A program made the position numbers and the translations under genes. From positions 1 through 64,000 of IMG/VR virus record IMGVR_UViG_3300023313_000006: a stretch of DNA of 64,000 bases. One strand, written 5' to 3'. The stretch's first letter is position 1, and the number at the start of each line of letters is the position of its first letter. The notes under the pieces were generated by a model. That model was not told where the DNA came from. It saw only the letters and a program-made list of their open reading frames with translations, and ran no database searches. The stretch comes from a virus. Of the stretch, positions 27,101-36,600 are shown piece by piece.

Positions 27101-29282
27101 GACTAGCCTAATGGCGACGCTCAATTCGCGCAAAGATCAGGGCATTCCACACCAAGATACAGCAGCACAAAGAAGCGCAAATATCGATGCTGCTTTCAAT
27201 GGTGGTGAACAGACTTCTGGTTGGGTTCAGTTGATCTATGAACGTGACAGAACAATCACAACAACCACAACCACGACCAGAATCGTTCCGACGACCACTT
27301 ATACGTCAACGGACACGGTTGTTGGTTCGGCGATGCTTCCTTTCATGCGAGCAACGCAGATCAACTATACGGCGAAAGGAATGCGTCCGAATACACAACT
27401 CGTGGCCACGTTCGACGGCATTGATGTATCAGCAAATTGTTCTAATTTGATGGTTGACCAATATGGCAACTGTTCGGGCACATTCAGTGTTCCGGCGGGC
27501 AAATTCAACACCGGCACAAACGTTCTGATTCTCGAAGATGTGGACAAAACAACCGACGCATCGGCTTCTCACGTTAGCAGCGGTCGCGTCGATTATCACC
27601 AGATCACAACGACCGCTATCCACAGCTATCGGGTTATCACGACATCATGGACAAACACAACCACACAAGATAGCTATGCTACGGTGTGGGCAGACCCGAT
27701 TGCGCAGAGCTTTTTGGTCACAACCGAAAATGATGCTGCCGGTGTCTATGTGTCTAGTGTTGATCTATATTTCAAGACGAAAGATGCCACGCTACCCGTC
27801 ACTGTTCACATCGTTGAAATGTCAAACGGGATGCCAACACAAAAGATTGTGCCAGACTCAACCGTGACACTGAATGCCGCAGATGTCAATGTTTCCGAGA
27901 ATGGTTGGACACCGACGACATTCAAGTTTGAATCGCCCGTTTATTTGCTCAATTCGCACGAATATGCGTTGGTCATTACGTCCAATAGCAACGAATATCT
28001 AATTTGGTATGCTAAACAAGGCGAACCAACTCTGCTAAATCAAGCGGGACAAACAGAAACGAATAGAAGCGGGCAAGCGATTTCCAAGCAGCCATATTTG
28101 GGCGTGATGTTCACTTCACAAAACAGTTCAACGTGGAGCGAAGATCAAACAGCAGATTTGAAATTCTCGCTGAAACGCTGCGATTTTTCTTCAACAACAG
28201 GAACTGTTCTATTAGACACCGAAGATTTGGTTGCTGCTGGCAAAGACGGGATGACAATTTCCCGCTTTATGACAAACATTTCTCATGTCACACCAGAAGG
28301 AACAAATCTAACGTTTGAATACTCAATCGACAATGGAGCAACGTGGACATTCTTCAACGATCTTGAGAAGAATTACTTTAATGCTGTTCAAACTCTTTCA
28401 ACGGCGGGCGGCAACAAACCATTGACAATTAGAGCAAACATGACTTCCACAAACACTTGGGTCACGCCAATCATCGACCTACAACGTTGCGGTTATGCCA
28501 CGTCAATCAACGTATATGACGCAACGGGGAATGCTGGCACTTATATTTCCAAGACGGTCAATTTGAACAATCCTGCTCACGATTTGAGAGTTATGATTGA
28601 TTTGCTCGAACCAACCGGAACAGCAGTCAATGTGTTCTTTTCGACACAAACACCGCAAGTTGCTCTATCGGCAGCAAACTTGGTTGGACCAGACGTGGCG
28701 GCAGTTCAATCAACAGTGGGTCAAGATATGTTCGTCTATCATCGTGACGCAACAACTGGAGCATTGACCGAAGCTGGTTCATTCGTGTTGGCGAAAGTTG
28801 ATAGCACCAACACCTATTTCAATGCTATCAGCAACATCGATATAATTAACACACCAGCGAGCTTTGTCAACGTCGATAAAGTGTTCTATACAAACATTTC
28901 TGGCTTGACTAGCGCGGTCGATTGGGCTGCTGGAACACACACCATCGGAACCTATGTGTTCTATCAAAACAATTTGTGGAAAGCACTGGTCACAACTACC
29001 ACAACACCGGCAGTTAATTCGACGGACTGGCAGTTGATTCCTTCAATGACAACAACCAGCGCGATCACACAAGGAACCGAGACCGTTTGGCGTGCTATGA
29101 AGAAAGAGACAACTCTACCAGCAACCGTCGATCCGGGCAAGAAATTCTACACTTATACAATGATACCAGATGTCGTCATTGAAGAACCTTTCACGGCATT
29201 TTCGATTCGAATTGAATTGACTGGTTCCGACGGTGCTATTGCTTGTACAGCACAAAATCTAAGGGCTATTGCGGTGACATAA
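24114..29282 (+). CDS. large virion structural protein (VrlC/DUF4815-like)
   Basis: PYYDDFD...LFRPGRAVQARELTQ.Q, APGADR, RFTM.DI..IEKR, KNG.FVDNF, DPIAQSF, FTSQN.STW. Confidence 0.88.
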   Translation: MPSYNVSPYYDDFDAAKNYLRILFRPGRAVQARELTQAQTILQNQIASFGNNIFKDNSRILGAEIYVKSQKITLTVNPVDSNNASVDVNALLNQEIQKLNDNTTKALISHVDATNNKVLLTLHGGKFAVGDQFVTIDPVTGNPNAVKYTIDGINNSLMAYINDGIIYTGGFFATVAKQEIVVDTSDTMLNNEHVVGYIVTETTVDSVADQTLNDNAAGTMNFNAPGADRLKKTITLSSVQVVRDAGGSDVTVYPDNFQKILVVKNGVSVSDNIQKVKYAEILDLMAERTKKESGNYTISEYTYTTENDPNSQTTFNLKIGPGESVVDGYNYINQSTYTMPIPKARTTETANNQQLYFAAGIAVELSSVSVAAFDVDAEETVEIYNDTAAVGTLLGTARVLSAGLNTYGELTLYLEEGSNVVSKLASARSIKGLTSGAIGVVKLSAGAPVYQVLNKNDAIIDVISSSLYDNISNIPNTSVSYDIVKTYKAVPESAVNVHTLTAPDTTTDFYISSGVYLVVDSATGAVLTNPTDYTYSVANQNGGLSSMTITTAATHANIDVIVPMYKSVGSLRTKTLHKNVQETLTADANGVITLTNYDILQFISVEDMTDPANPVVVPSSSYTTDNGQTDWAYNVGSVSGLTAGTSYRVTYDHFSHSSTGDYFSVNSYMSAANTDPVTGYANLYSMIGNYISPSTNYTYKLINCIDTRRSPAIASSSKIRANSQNLQLDYDFYVARIDKIYISKTGVFSRIEGYPAAVPVEPAAKDGMVLMSLFVPPYTHDAKDTQVALVEHKRFTMADIAAIEKRLSNVEDYVSYNMLEKMASDLTITDANGLNRYKNGIFVDNFLTHLNGATNHPDYSVTIDAINGGIISRQIEDFNALVIDKVNSSGIVVNENTTDPAMSSDTATLAYTEVAYIEQLANTNTINVNPYAAIVWHGTMSINPATDIWVDTQYEPTINLSYGRVVRPAWTSTSTTAIHDEYTMVYNPWNDPNVDMTSLMATLNSRKDQGIPHQDTAAQRSANIDAAFNGGEQTSGWVQLIYERDRTITTTTTTTRIVPTTTYTSTDTVVGSAMLPFMRATQINYTAKGMRPNTQLVATFDGIDVSANCSNLMVDQYGNCSGTFSVPAGKFNTGTNVLILEDVDKTTDASASHVSSGRVDYHQITTTAIHSYRVITTSWTNTTTQDSYATVWADPIAQSFLVTTENDAAGVYVSSVDLYFKTKDATLPVTVHIVEMSNGMPTQKIVPDSTVTLNAADVNVSENGWTPTTFKFESPVYLLNSHEYALVITSNSNEYLIWYAKQGEPTLLNQAGQTETNRSGQAISKQPYLGVMFTSQNSSTWSEDQTADLKFSLKRCDFSSTTGTVLLDTEDLVAAGKDGMTISRFMTNISHVTPEGTNLTFEYSIDNGATWTFFNDLEKNYFNAVQTLSTAGGNKPLTIRANMTSTNTWVTPIIDLQRCGYATSINVYDATGNAGTYISKTVNLNNPAHDLRVMIDLLEPTGTAVNVFFSTQTPQVALSAANLVGPDVAAVQSTVGQDMFVYHRDATTGALTEAGSFVLAKVDSTNTYFNAISNIDIINTPASFVNVDKVFYTNISGLTSAVDWAAGTHTIGTYVFYQNNLWKALVTTTTTPAVNSTDWQLIPSMTTTSAITQGTETVWRAMKKETTLPATVDPGKKFYTYTMIPDVVIEEPFTAFSIRIELTGSDGAIACTAQNLRAIAVT

Positions 29283-29283
29283 C

Positions 29284-29481
29284 ATGAATAGAGACAAAGA
29301 AACACAAAGTCTAGTCAACACCGACGTTTCTGCTTATCAGCGACGCTTGAATGAAATCAAGCTAGCAAAAGAAGCGGCGAGGAAACAGCAACAACAAGAA
29401 ACATTGATGGATCGGGTTGCTGCTCTCGAAGAAAAGGTCAAAAAGCTAGAACAAAAACTCAAGACCAGCAAGGCTAAATAA
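29284..29481 (+). CDS. small coiled-coil protein typically following VrlC-like genes
   Basis: RD..T..LVNTD..AY followed by a coiled coil. Confidence 0.7.
   Translation: MNRDKETQSLVNTDVSAYQRRLNEIKLAKEAARKQQQQETLMDRVAALEEKVKKLEQKLKTSKAK
29473..29480 (+). promoter_or_regulatory. late promoter GCTAAATA (fibre cluster)
   Basis: 6 nt before ATG 29487, no SD. Confidence 0.65.
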
Positions 29482-29486
29482 TAATC

Positions 29487-30008
29487 ATGGCACAGCAAAT
29501 TTTAGATACCGTAGGAACCGGCGATACCATTCAATCCGGTGCTGTAAAAACAAACGCCAACTTTACCGAATTGTATAATTGGCGAGGTTCAGCAAATGGC
29601 GTAGCACCGCTCGATAGCAATGCGCTGATTCCTCAACAATATCTACCAGCAATAGCAATTTCAAACACATACGTCGTATCGACACAAGCGGCGATGTTAG
29701 CATTGACAGCACAGACCGGCGACATTTGTGTTCGTACAGATACGAATGAAACATATATCTTGAGTGGAACAAATCCGTCTGTTCTCGCTGAATGGACGGT
29801 CATTCACACACCGACCAACGTGCCTGTTCAGAGTGTTGCTGGAAGAACGGGCAACATCACTTTGACGGTAGCAGATTTGACGGATGCTGGTACTTCGGCA
29901 ACCAAGAATGTTGCTGCTGCTGGCGATGCTGCTGCTGGCGAAGTCGTGATGGGAAATGATAGCAGATTAGTTTCAAAAGCCAAATTGTTCTTTTTCGGAC
30001 AACTGTAA
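29487..30008 (+). CDS. short fibre/adaptor protein with baseplate-anchor N-terminus
   Basis: GDT...K.NANFTELY (gp9/gp10-like N-terminus), GVAPLD and QAAMLAL modules, VQSVAGRTG motif. Confidence 0.75.
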   Translation: MAQQILDTVGTGDTIQSGAVKTNANFTELYNWRGSANGVAPLDSNALIPQQYLPAIAISNTYVVSTQAAMLALTAQTGDICVRTDTNETYILSGTNPSVLAEWTVIHTPTNVPVQSVAGRTGNITLTVADLTDAGTSATKNVAAAGDAAAGEVVMGNDSRLVSKAKLFFFGQL

Positions 30009-30025
30009 AAACAAAGGAGAAATAA

Positions 30026-30337
30026 ATGGCATCGGGTCAACTAGGCGCTGCGGACTTAACCGCATTGACAAACACTACATTATATACAGCACCGGCTGGA
30101 GTCACTAGCACTGTAAATGTCAATTTGTGTAACAGAACAGCAGCACCCGTGACTGCTCGTATTGCGCTATCAACAACAGCCACTCCAACTTTGGGCGAAT
30201 ATATTGAATATGATGTATCTATTCCAGCAAACAGTGCTATTGAGCGCACTGCTATTGTTGTTGGTGGAGGACAGAACATCGTCGTTTATGCTGGTGCGGC
30301 TGGTGTTAGTGCTGTAGCAACTGGCTTTGAAGGGTAG
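30026..30337 (+). CDS. small beta-sandwich virion protein
   Basis: SD AAGGAG; TTLYTAPAG...VNLCNR...YIEYD. Confidence 0.7.
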   Translation: MASGQLGAADLTALTNTTLYTAPAGVTSTVNVNLCNRTAAPVTARIALSTTATPTLGEYIEYDVSIPANSAIERTAIVVGGGQNIVVYAGAAGVSAVATGFEG

Positions 30338-30342
30338 TTGAA

Positions 30343-31050
30343 ATGGGACGTTTTGTTGACAAAAGTTTGAGAGGGCTGACGCTCAAGACACAAGAGTTCA
30401 CGACCAGCGGCACATTTACACCAAGCGATGCTTTGCTATCCGGGCTTGGTTTGGTCGAAGTGTTCTTGATTGGTGGCGGCGGAGCAGGAAATGGATTGCC
30501 GACTAGCACCACTTCTGCTGGTGCTTCATCTTTTGGTTCTTTTTTGACTGCTAATGGTGGAAGCGGTGGGTATAATAGAAACACATATTATAACACAAAT
30601 GTAACAGCTACACCACCACCAGCAGCAGGTGTACCGACACCATCAAGAGTTTTGAATTATATAACCGGTGCGGGCAACACACCGACCAACGCTTATATTA
30701 GCTGGGCACCATCATATTCACAACTGTTCGTAGGAAGCGCAGGCGCAAAAAGTCCGTTTGGTGCTGGTGGTGGTGGCTATGTGACAACAAACGTGTCATC
30801 ATACGGCAACGGAGCGGACGCACCACCAACACATTATGGTGCTGGTGGTGGCGGGGGTTATGGTATATCTGGCAATTTATATTACATTGGAACTGGTGGC
30901 AGTTCTGGTGCGTGGGTTTATGCTAAATTGTTCATAAACGAACCAGTCGCCGTCACAATAGGCGCCGGCGGCATAACAACTTCGTCGAATAGTTTGGGTA
31001 TCGGCGGCAATGGTGCTCCCGGCTATTGCTTGGTGAAATGGTACGAATAG
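30343..31050 (+). CDS. glycine-rich tail fibre tip/adhesin
   Basis: FTTSGTF, IGGGGAG, GAGGGGG, VTIGAGG, GAPGYCLVKW. Confidence 0.8.
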   Translation: MGRFVDKSLRGLTLKTQEFTTSGTFTPSDALLSGLGLVEVFLIGGGGAGNGLPTSTTSAGASSFGSFLTANGGSGGYNRNTYYNTNVTATPPPAAGVPTPSRVLNYITGAGNTPTNAYISWAPSYSQLFVGSAGAKSPFGAGGGGYVTTNVSSYGNGADAPPTHYGAGGGGGYGISGNLYYIGTGGSSGAWVYAKLFINEPVAVTIGAGGITTSSNSLGIGGNGAPGYCLVKWYE

Positions 31051-31058
31051 GAGACATC

Positions 31059-31622
31059 ATGCCTAAATTATATGCTATTCTAAACAACAACACAGTCGAA
31101 AACGTCATCCAAGCAGACGCCGATTTCATTGCGAACAATTTTCCAGATGCCGTCGATGTCACCGATCAACCAGTGTCGATTGGGCAAATCTATAACGCAA
31201 AAACGAAAACCTTTTCGGATTCGACGAAATCAAATCAACAATTGTCGCAAACAATCAGCGAATTGTGCGATGAAATCGATAAAACAGCCGAACAAACACG
31301 CACAAAATTCGTCACCGTCGGTCAACTACAACAAACCGTATATGACATCAAAGCGCAAGAAGCAGAACGCTATAAGCAATTGGGCTATCCAAAAGCAACT
31401 GCTGATTTTCCCTTGATTGAAGCTCAAGCCAAACACAAGGGAACATCGGTGAAGCAAGAAGCGGACGAAATCATTGCTACCAAGCGTTTGTGGTTGTCAT
31501 TAGCGGGACAAATTGAAGGGATCAGACTAGCAGCGAAGAAACAAATCAAAAACAGTTCGTCCGAACACCAAGCAAGAACATATTATGATGAAGCAGTCAA
31601 CAAACTATCACAGCTAGGATAA
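31059..31622 (+). CDS. tail fibre assembly chaperone-like protein
   Basis: YAI....V.NVI, IG..Y, Y..K.QEA..Y, IEG.RL.AK; follows the fibre gene. Confidence 0.7.
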   Translation: MPKLYAILNNNTVENVIQADADFIANNFPDAVDVTDQPVSIGQIYNAKTKTFSDSTKSNQQLSQTISELCDEIDKTAEQTRTKFVTVGQLQQTVYDIKAQEAERYKQLGYPKATADFPLIEAQAKHKGTSVKQEADEIIATKRLWLSLAGQIEGIRLAAKKQIKNSSSEHQARTYYDEAVNKLSQLG

Positions 31623-31626
31623 AAAT

Positions 31627-33003
31627 ATGGCACAACAAATAATTGACACCGTAGGAAATACCGATACGATAAAAAGTGGTGGCGATAAAATCAATGCCAA
31701 CTTCACGGAATTATATTCCAAGATTGGTGCGCAATACGGTTATGCTGAATTGGATGCGAATGGTGAAGTTGTCCAATTTCAGGCTTCGCTTCGTCAAGCA
31801 ATCGGCAACATCATGTCTCCGTTGGTTCACATTCCATTCAAACGTCAAGATGACGAAGTTGCTTTGTCTGGGCTACAGACATTCACTCGTGCGTCAACCG
31901 CGACTTATGTTGACCCGTTGGATGGATTGGTCAAAACAGCAGCGATTGATACGCCACGTTTTGAGCGGATGAGCGATGGCGAAACTGGGATTTTGTTGGA
32001 GGGTGCTAGCACGAATTTGATGTTGGATTCCGAAGCGTTTAACAGCGGCCAATGGACTGTAAGTGCAACTACTATTACTGGCAATGCCACTGTTGCTCCT
32101 GACAGCACTACAACTGCTGACTTGATCGTTGGTGACACGACGAATGCATATCATCGAGTGTTCCAATATGCAACTGTACCGGCAAATACCGATATAACAA
32201 TTTCTCGCTATGTGAAAGCAGCGGGATACAACTGGTTTGCACTCAATGCTGCTGGCGTCAGTAATGGTTGGATATGGTTTGATCTATTAAATGGCACTGT
32301 AGGTTCGATCGGGTCAGCGGTCAAAAACTATGGTATTACACCTTTAACTAATGGGTGGTACCGAGTTTGGTTGGCCGTGAACACAGGGGCATTAGCAGGT
32401 GTCGGTAATGATGGGTGGTTTTGCCCAGCAGACTTTGTAAACACATATATTGGAGATGGAACAAGCGGAGGGTATGTCTGGGGCGCACAACTCGAAGCTC
32501 TCCCATTCGCATCATCGTACATCCCAACCACCACAGCAGCAGTGACGAGGGCGGCTGATAGTTTGAGTATCGGCGCATACGGAAACAAACCAATGCGCAC
32601 AAATTCGATGACATACGTTTGCGACGCCGATCTCATTGGTAACGACCCAACAACGAATCAATATGTTTTCAACGTTGTTGGTGGAAATCAAGATAGCATT
32701 CACATAGAGACCACTTTAGCAGTGTCGTCGTATTGGGGTGGAAATTGGAATCACGGCAACCCAAACGACATTTCTCCCACACAAACAAACAGATTGGCAC
32801 TAATTTCGGACGGCAGTGTATTTCATACCGCGATAAATGGTACAGCCAATAATTCGAGCATGTCTATTGGTGGTGGATCAGTGACAGAATCAACCATAAT
32901 TATCGGTGCTAGTGGCGCGACGAACGGGAAATTATACGGCCACATCCGCAACTTCCGCATATACGACCGCGCGTTGACACCAGAAGAAATAGCAATGGCG
33001 TAA
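31627..33003 (+). CDS. fibre/spike protein: anchor + carbohydrate-binding-like + LamG-like domain
   Basis: Same anchor as 29487; FTRASTATY...GILLEGASTNL...WGAQLE...SSYIPT...TRAAD; GHIRNFRIYDRALT. Confidence 0.82.
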   Translation: MAQQIIDTVGNTDTIKSGGDKINANFTELYSKIGAQYGYAELDANGEVVQFQASLRQAIGNIMSPLVHIPFKRQDDEVALSGLQTFTRASTATYVDPLDGLVKTAAIDTPRFERMSDGETGILLEGASTNLMLDSEAFNSGQWTVSATTITGNATVAPDSTTTADLIVGDTTNAYHRVFQYATVPANTDITISRYVKAAGYNWFALNAAGVSNGWIWFDLLNGTVGSIGSAVKNYGITPLTNGWYRVWLAVNTGALAGVGNDGWFCPADFVNTYIGDGTSGGYVWGAQLEALPFASSYIPTTTAAVTRAADSLSIGAYGNKPMRTNSMTYVCDADLIGNDPTTNQYVFNVVGGNQDSIHIETTLAVSSYWGGNWNHGNPNDISPTQTNRLALISDGSVFHTAINGTANNSSMSIGGGSVTESTIIIGASGATNGKLYGHIRNFRIYDRALTPEEIAMA

Positions 33004-33015
33004 AGGATAATTCAA

Positions 33016-33426
33016 ATGTTCGATTTAATCACTTATTGCAAAAACTCCAAAGCATTTCTCAAAGAAGTACAGCAAAAATTTCCCGACAAGGTGATCTATG
33101 ACGAATCCGATCCACCAGTTGCGATTGGTGTGTCAATCACCAAGACACCGACAATCAAAAACACAAAAGGAACGCTGGCCGTCGTTCGTTGTGATGCGAA
33201 AGAACTTGCGGACATCAAATCATTGAAATCGATCAAAATTCTAGCAGAAGTTCCAATGGGTGGCGATTTGCTTGGTTCAATGACGAAAGCAAATCGTAAA
33301 ATCTATGATTCAATTCACGACCAGAAACCAAAGCCAGTGCTGGACGAAAAAGGGAAGCCGATGAAAGATAAAAATGGAAAGAAAATCATGTTTACGCCAC
33401 CGGCATTGATCGGTTCGTTTGCTTAG
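33016..33426 (+). CDS. hypothetical protein, possible fibre chaperone
   Basis: Directly follows the fibre gene; basic; ends TPPALIGSFA. Confidence 0.65.
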   Translation: MFDLITYCKNSKAFLKEVQQKFPDKVIYDESDPPVAIGVSITKTPTIKNTKGTLAVVRCDAKELADIKSLKSIKILAEVPMGGDLLGSMTKANRKIYDSIHDQKPKPVLDEKGKPMKDKNGKKIMFTPPALIGSFA

Positions 33427-33439
33427 GGGAGTTTGATAA

Positions 33440-33799
33440 ATGGCACAACTGAAATCTAGTCAAGCAGTTCGAGCAGACAATTTACTAACCGATATATTGA
33501 CAACGACACAAACTCACTGGTCAACAATATCTGCTAACACAACAGCGTCAAATTTCCGACATCAAGGATTTTTCGTTGACACAACAGCAGCACCAGTAAC
33601 ACTAACTTTGCCAGCGTCACCACAAAACGGCGATAGCGTTTCATTCGTCGACGATAAGGGGACGTTCGCAACTAATATCTTGACGATTAACGGAAATGGT
33701 AATTTGATTATGGGCTTAAATACACCAATGACAGCTTCGACGAATTTCGCCAGAAACACTTTAGTTTATTTTAATTCCGATTGGAGACTCACACAATGA
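33440..33799 (+). CDS. small virion adaptor protein
   Basis: VDT.AAPVTLTLPASP..GD.V...D...LTINGNGN module. Confidence 0.7.
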   Translation: MAQLKSSQAVRADNLLTDILTTTQTHWSTISANTTASNFRHQGFFVDTTAAPVTLTLPASPQNGDSVSFVDDKGTFATNILTINGNGNLIMGLNTPMTASTNFARNTLVYFNSDWRLTQ

Positions 33800-35331
33800 G
33801 CAAATACGAAGATTTTTTTGATTTTGGTAAAATAAACTGGCAAACATACACGACTAATGTAACGGCCACATCCAATAGCGGGATTTTGGTTGATACGTCG
33901 GCAGGTGTGGCATTTACAGTAACGCTACCAGCGACACCAAATCCGGGTGATTTTGTTGTTGTTCGTGATGGTGGTAATAACCTAACAACGACCAATGTCA
34001 CAATCAGCGGCAACGGAAACACGATCAACGGTTCGACGACTTATGCGATGAACGTTTCTGGTTCATACAAATCGTTCACTTGGTTAGGTAACGAATGGCG
34101 AGCAGAAGAAGTGTCGCGGGGCGGGTCAACATCAATTGGTATTGGCGAAATTGTTGAAATGGCTAGCGGCCTAGAATCACCAAATTTCGTCGAAATCGAT
34201 AAAGCGAATGAAACGCACGTCGATTTGACACAATATCCAGATTTGAATAATGTGATCACAAACAACGGAACAAAACCGGCGCCTTTGGCTGCGATTCAAA
34301 CAGACACATTAACAACCGCCACTACTAACGCAAACAATGGTATTCGATCTGCCTTCGATTCTACCGGCACAAGATTTGTATTCAGCGATTTCGACAGCAC
34401 TTTATCCAGAACAGCAAGTGTTTATATTAGAACCGGAGAAACTTGGACAAAAGAAGCCGATTTAACATATACAACAGCAACAATCGATTTATATTATACG
34501 GCATATTGCGATATTACAGCAGCAGGCGATCGAATTGTTTTAGGTGGCACAACAAGCGGCAACATTGGCGTCTGTAGCATATTTGTTAGAAGCGGCTCGA
34601 CATGGACACTAGAAGCAAAAATACAAGCCACAACACCGGCGGCGGGAGATGGGTTTGCTGTCTATGGTGTCGCTATTGATGGGACAGGCACGAGAATTGC
34701 TATTGAACAAGGGAATACTGGCACACACATTTACGTTAGAAGCGGAACGACGTGGACTCTTGAGCAATCAATATCAACGGTAGGTACATATTCAAGAATT
34801 TCCTTGGATTCGTCTGGAACAAGATTTTTGAAAAAGGGTACCGGAACACAAGCCCTAATTTACACCAGAAACGGGACAACGTGGACTCTTGAACAGGGCA
34901 TAACGGTTCAAACAACAAGTGCCGCTTATGCCACAATGAACAAGAACGGTGATACAATAACAATTGCTTCAAAAATTTATCGTAGGACTGGAACCACTTG
35001 GTCTCTAGTCGCAGATTTGTTCGGCGAATCAATTTTAGATTTAGACGATACTGGCGATTATGTTCTAGCATATTCGACAAATTCGCAAATCGGTCTAAAC
35101 GTATTCTCTCTATATCGTTATCAGAACGGGACATACAGAAAAATAAACGACTATATTAGCAGTTGGAATGGTACAACACACTTAGATTTGAGTGGCGACG
35201 CTGGACACTTTTACGCATCATACTCTGGCTTAACGACACCGTTGATGTTCAAATTTCAACCAAACACGCTAACACTAAAAGACGTTAGTGCGACAAATTT
35301 TGGCTTTTCGAAATATATGAGGATTCAATAA
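33796..35331 (+). CDS. fibre/adhesin with beta-propeller (FG-GAP-like) repeats
   Basis: N-terminal module shared with 33440; at least five (I/V)(Y/F)xRxGxTWT repeats. Confidence 0.78.
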   Translation: MSKYEDFFDFGKINWQTYTTNVTATSNSGILVDTSAGVAFTVTLPATPNPGDFVVVRDGGNNLTTTNVTISGNGNTINGSTTYAMNVSGSYKSFTWLGNEWRAEEVSRGGSTSIGIGEIVEMASGLESPNFVEIDKANETHVDLTQYPDLNNVITNNGTKPAPLAAIQTDTLTTATTNANNGIRSAFDSTGTRFVFSDFDSTLSRTASVYIRTGETWTKEADLTYTTATIDLYYTAYCDITAAGDRIVLGGTTSGNIGVCSIFVRSGSTWTLEAKIQATTPAAGDGFAVYGVAIDGTGTRIAIEQGNTGTHIYVRSGTTWTLEQSISTVGTYSRISLDSSGTRFLKKGTGTQALIYTRNGTTWTLEQGITVQTTSAAYATMNKNGDTITIASKIYRRTGTTWSLVADLFGESILDLDDTGDYVLAYSTNSQIGLNVFSLYRYQNGTYRKINDYISSWNGTTHLDLSGDAGHFYASYSGLTTPLMFKFQPNTLTLKDVSATNFGFSKYMRIQ

Positions 35332-35739
35332 ATGAAAACCATTTATCTATACGATCAAAGAACAAAACAATTCATCGGAGAACGAAAAGTACCAAAAGGC
35401 GTCGAAATTCCATTTTCGACAACAACAAAACCATCATCATCTTTGAAAACGCCTGCGTTTGTTGGGGGGAAATGGCAAGAATTTGATCCAACAACAGTCG
35501 TCACACAAAAAACAATCGAACTATCAAAGTTGGATTTTATGAATTTGTTTACGAACGCAGAATTAGTGTCGATTTACACGGCGGCGAAAACGGACGTTGC
35601 TGTTGAAGTATGGGTTAAAAAGATGGAAGCAGCGCAAACAATTAACCTATTTCACCAAGATACAATCGATGGCGTGAATGCGCTAGAAGCAAATGGTCTT
35701 TTAGCTGCGGGCAGAGCAAAGGAAATTTTAGCGGCATGA
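35332..35739 (+). CDS. tail fibre assembly chaperone-like protein
   Basis: IYLYD..T..FIGE...STT.KP...F.GGKW plus F..LFT..E...RA.EIL. Confidence 0.72.
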   Translation: MKTIYLYDQRTKQFIGERKVPKGVEIPFSTTTKPSSSLKTPAFVGGKWQEFDPTTVVTQKTIELSKLDFMNLFTNAELVSIYTAAKTDVAVEVWVKKMEAAQTINLFHQDTIDGVNALEANGLLAAGRAKEILAA

Positions 35740-36236
35740 CAAAAGCAATCTTTTTCTACATCATCGATCTAATCAAATGGCTTTCTGCTATTCTAGCAGG
35801 GTTCATCGTCTATCCAATTTTTCCGAAAGATATGAACTATCAAACGTCAAGAGGATATGGAAGATTCAAGAACAAGACAATCGACAAGATTTGGGGCAAT
35901 GAAATCGACGGTCTTTCCGGTGACGAACCATACCGCAACAACCAAGCGAAGAAATGGTACAGAAAATTGTGGCCGTCGTTCTGGTGGTCTTGTATCCGCA
36001 ATCCGGCAAACAATCTAGCAAGACACATTCGTTACGAAGGTTCAATAACAGAAAAAACAACGAAAGGAAATTTGACGATCTACACACTGAACACTGGCGA
36101 TAAAGTTTTCTTTTTCTTCACACCAAACAATCTGCTAATGTGGAAGATTGGTTACAAGTTGTGGCCAGATTCAGCGAAAGTTGGCGATTATGTAATTCCA
36201 GAATTAGCGTTTTCTCTCCAACGAGGCAAGAAATGA
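35736..36236 (+). CDS. conserved phage protein
   Basis: WGNEIDGLSGD...WW..IRNPANN pattern, common downstream of fibre genes. Confidence 0.7.
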   Translation: MTKAIFFYIIDLIKWLSAILAGFIVYPIFPKDMNYQTSRGYGRFKNKTIDKIWGNEIDGLSGDEPYRNNQAKKWYRKLWPSFWWSCIRNPANNLARHIRYEGSITEKTTKGNLTIYTLNTGDKVFFFFTPNNLLMWKIGYKLWPDSAKVGDYVIPELAFSLQRGKK

Positions 36237-36529
36237 TTTTTGAAAAAATCAAAACTCACTACGACAACCATCGCGCAGACGGTCATCCGTCCGTCGGCGC
36301 TATTTTCTCGTTCTTTCTTGCTGGTGTTCTTGGTTTATTTTTCGGTTTCACTGGTTATCTAATTGGCTTGATTTGCGGCGGCTTAATCATCGGAATTGTC
36401 ATTGAAATCGCACAAAGAATCAATCGACACTTTTCTAATTCAAAACAAAACACAATCAAAGAATCGTTGCTCGATGCTGCTGTTACTGCTTGCTGGCCAT
36501 TTTTCATCTTTCGTGATTTGAACCGCTAA
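36233..36529 (+). CDS. membrane protein
   Basis: ATGA overlap; 2-3 hydrophobic helices. Confidence 0.65.
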   Translation: MIFEKIKTHYDNHRADGHPSVGAIFSFFLAGVLGLFFGFTGYLIGLICGGLIIGIVIEIAQRINRHFSNSKQNTIKESLLDAAVTACWPFFIFRDLNR

Positions 36530-36541
36530 AACTGCGATTTT

Positions 36542-36549
36542 CATAAATA
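36542..36549 (+). promoter_or_regulatory. late promoter CATAAATA (lysis operon)
   Basis: Followed by SD AAGGAG. Confidence 0.7.
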
Positions 36550-36600
36550 AACGAAAGGAGTTGAAAATGCCACCGATTTCAGATAAAGCGAAAGTTTGAT

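Noticed and set aside
34420-35005. Spaced DNA repeats (AGAAGCGG...TGGAC) resembling a CRISPR array
   Set aside because: Degenerate, in-frame coding repeats of beta-propeller blades.
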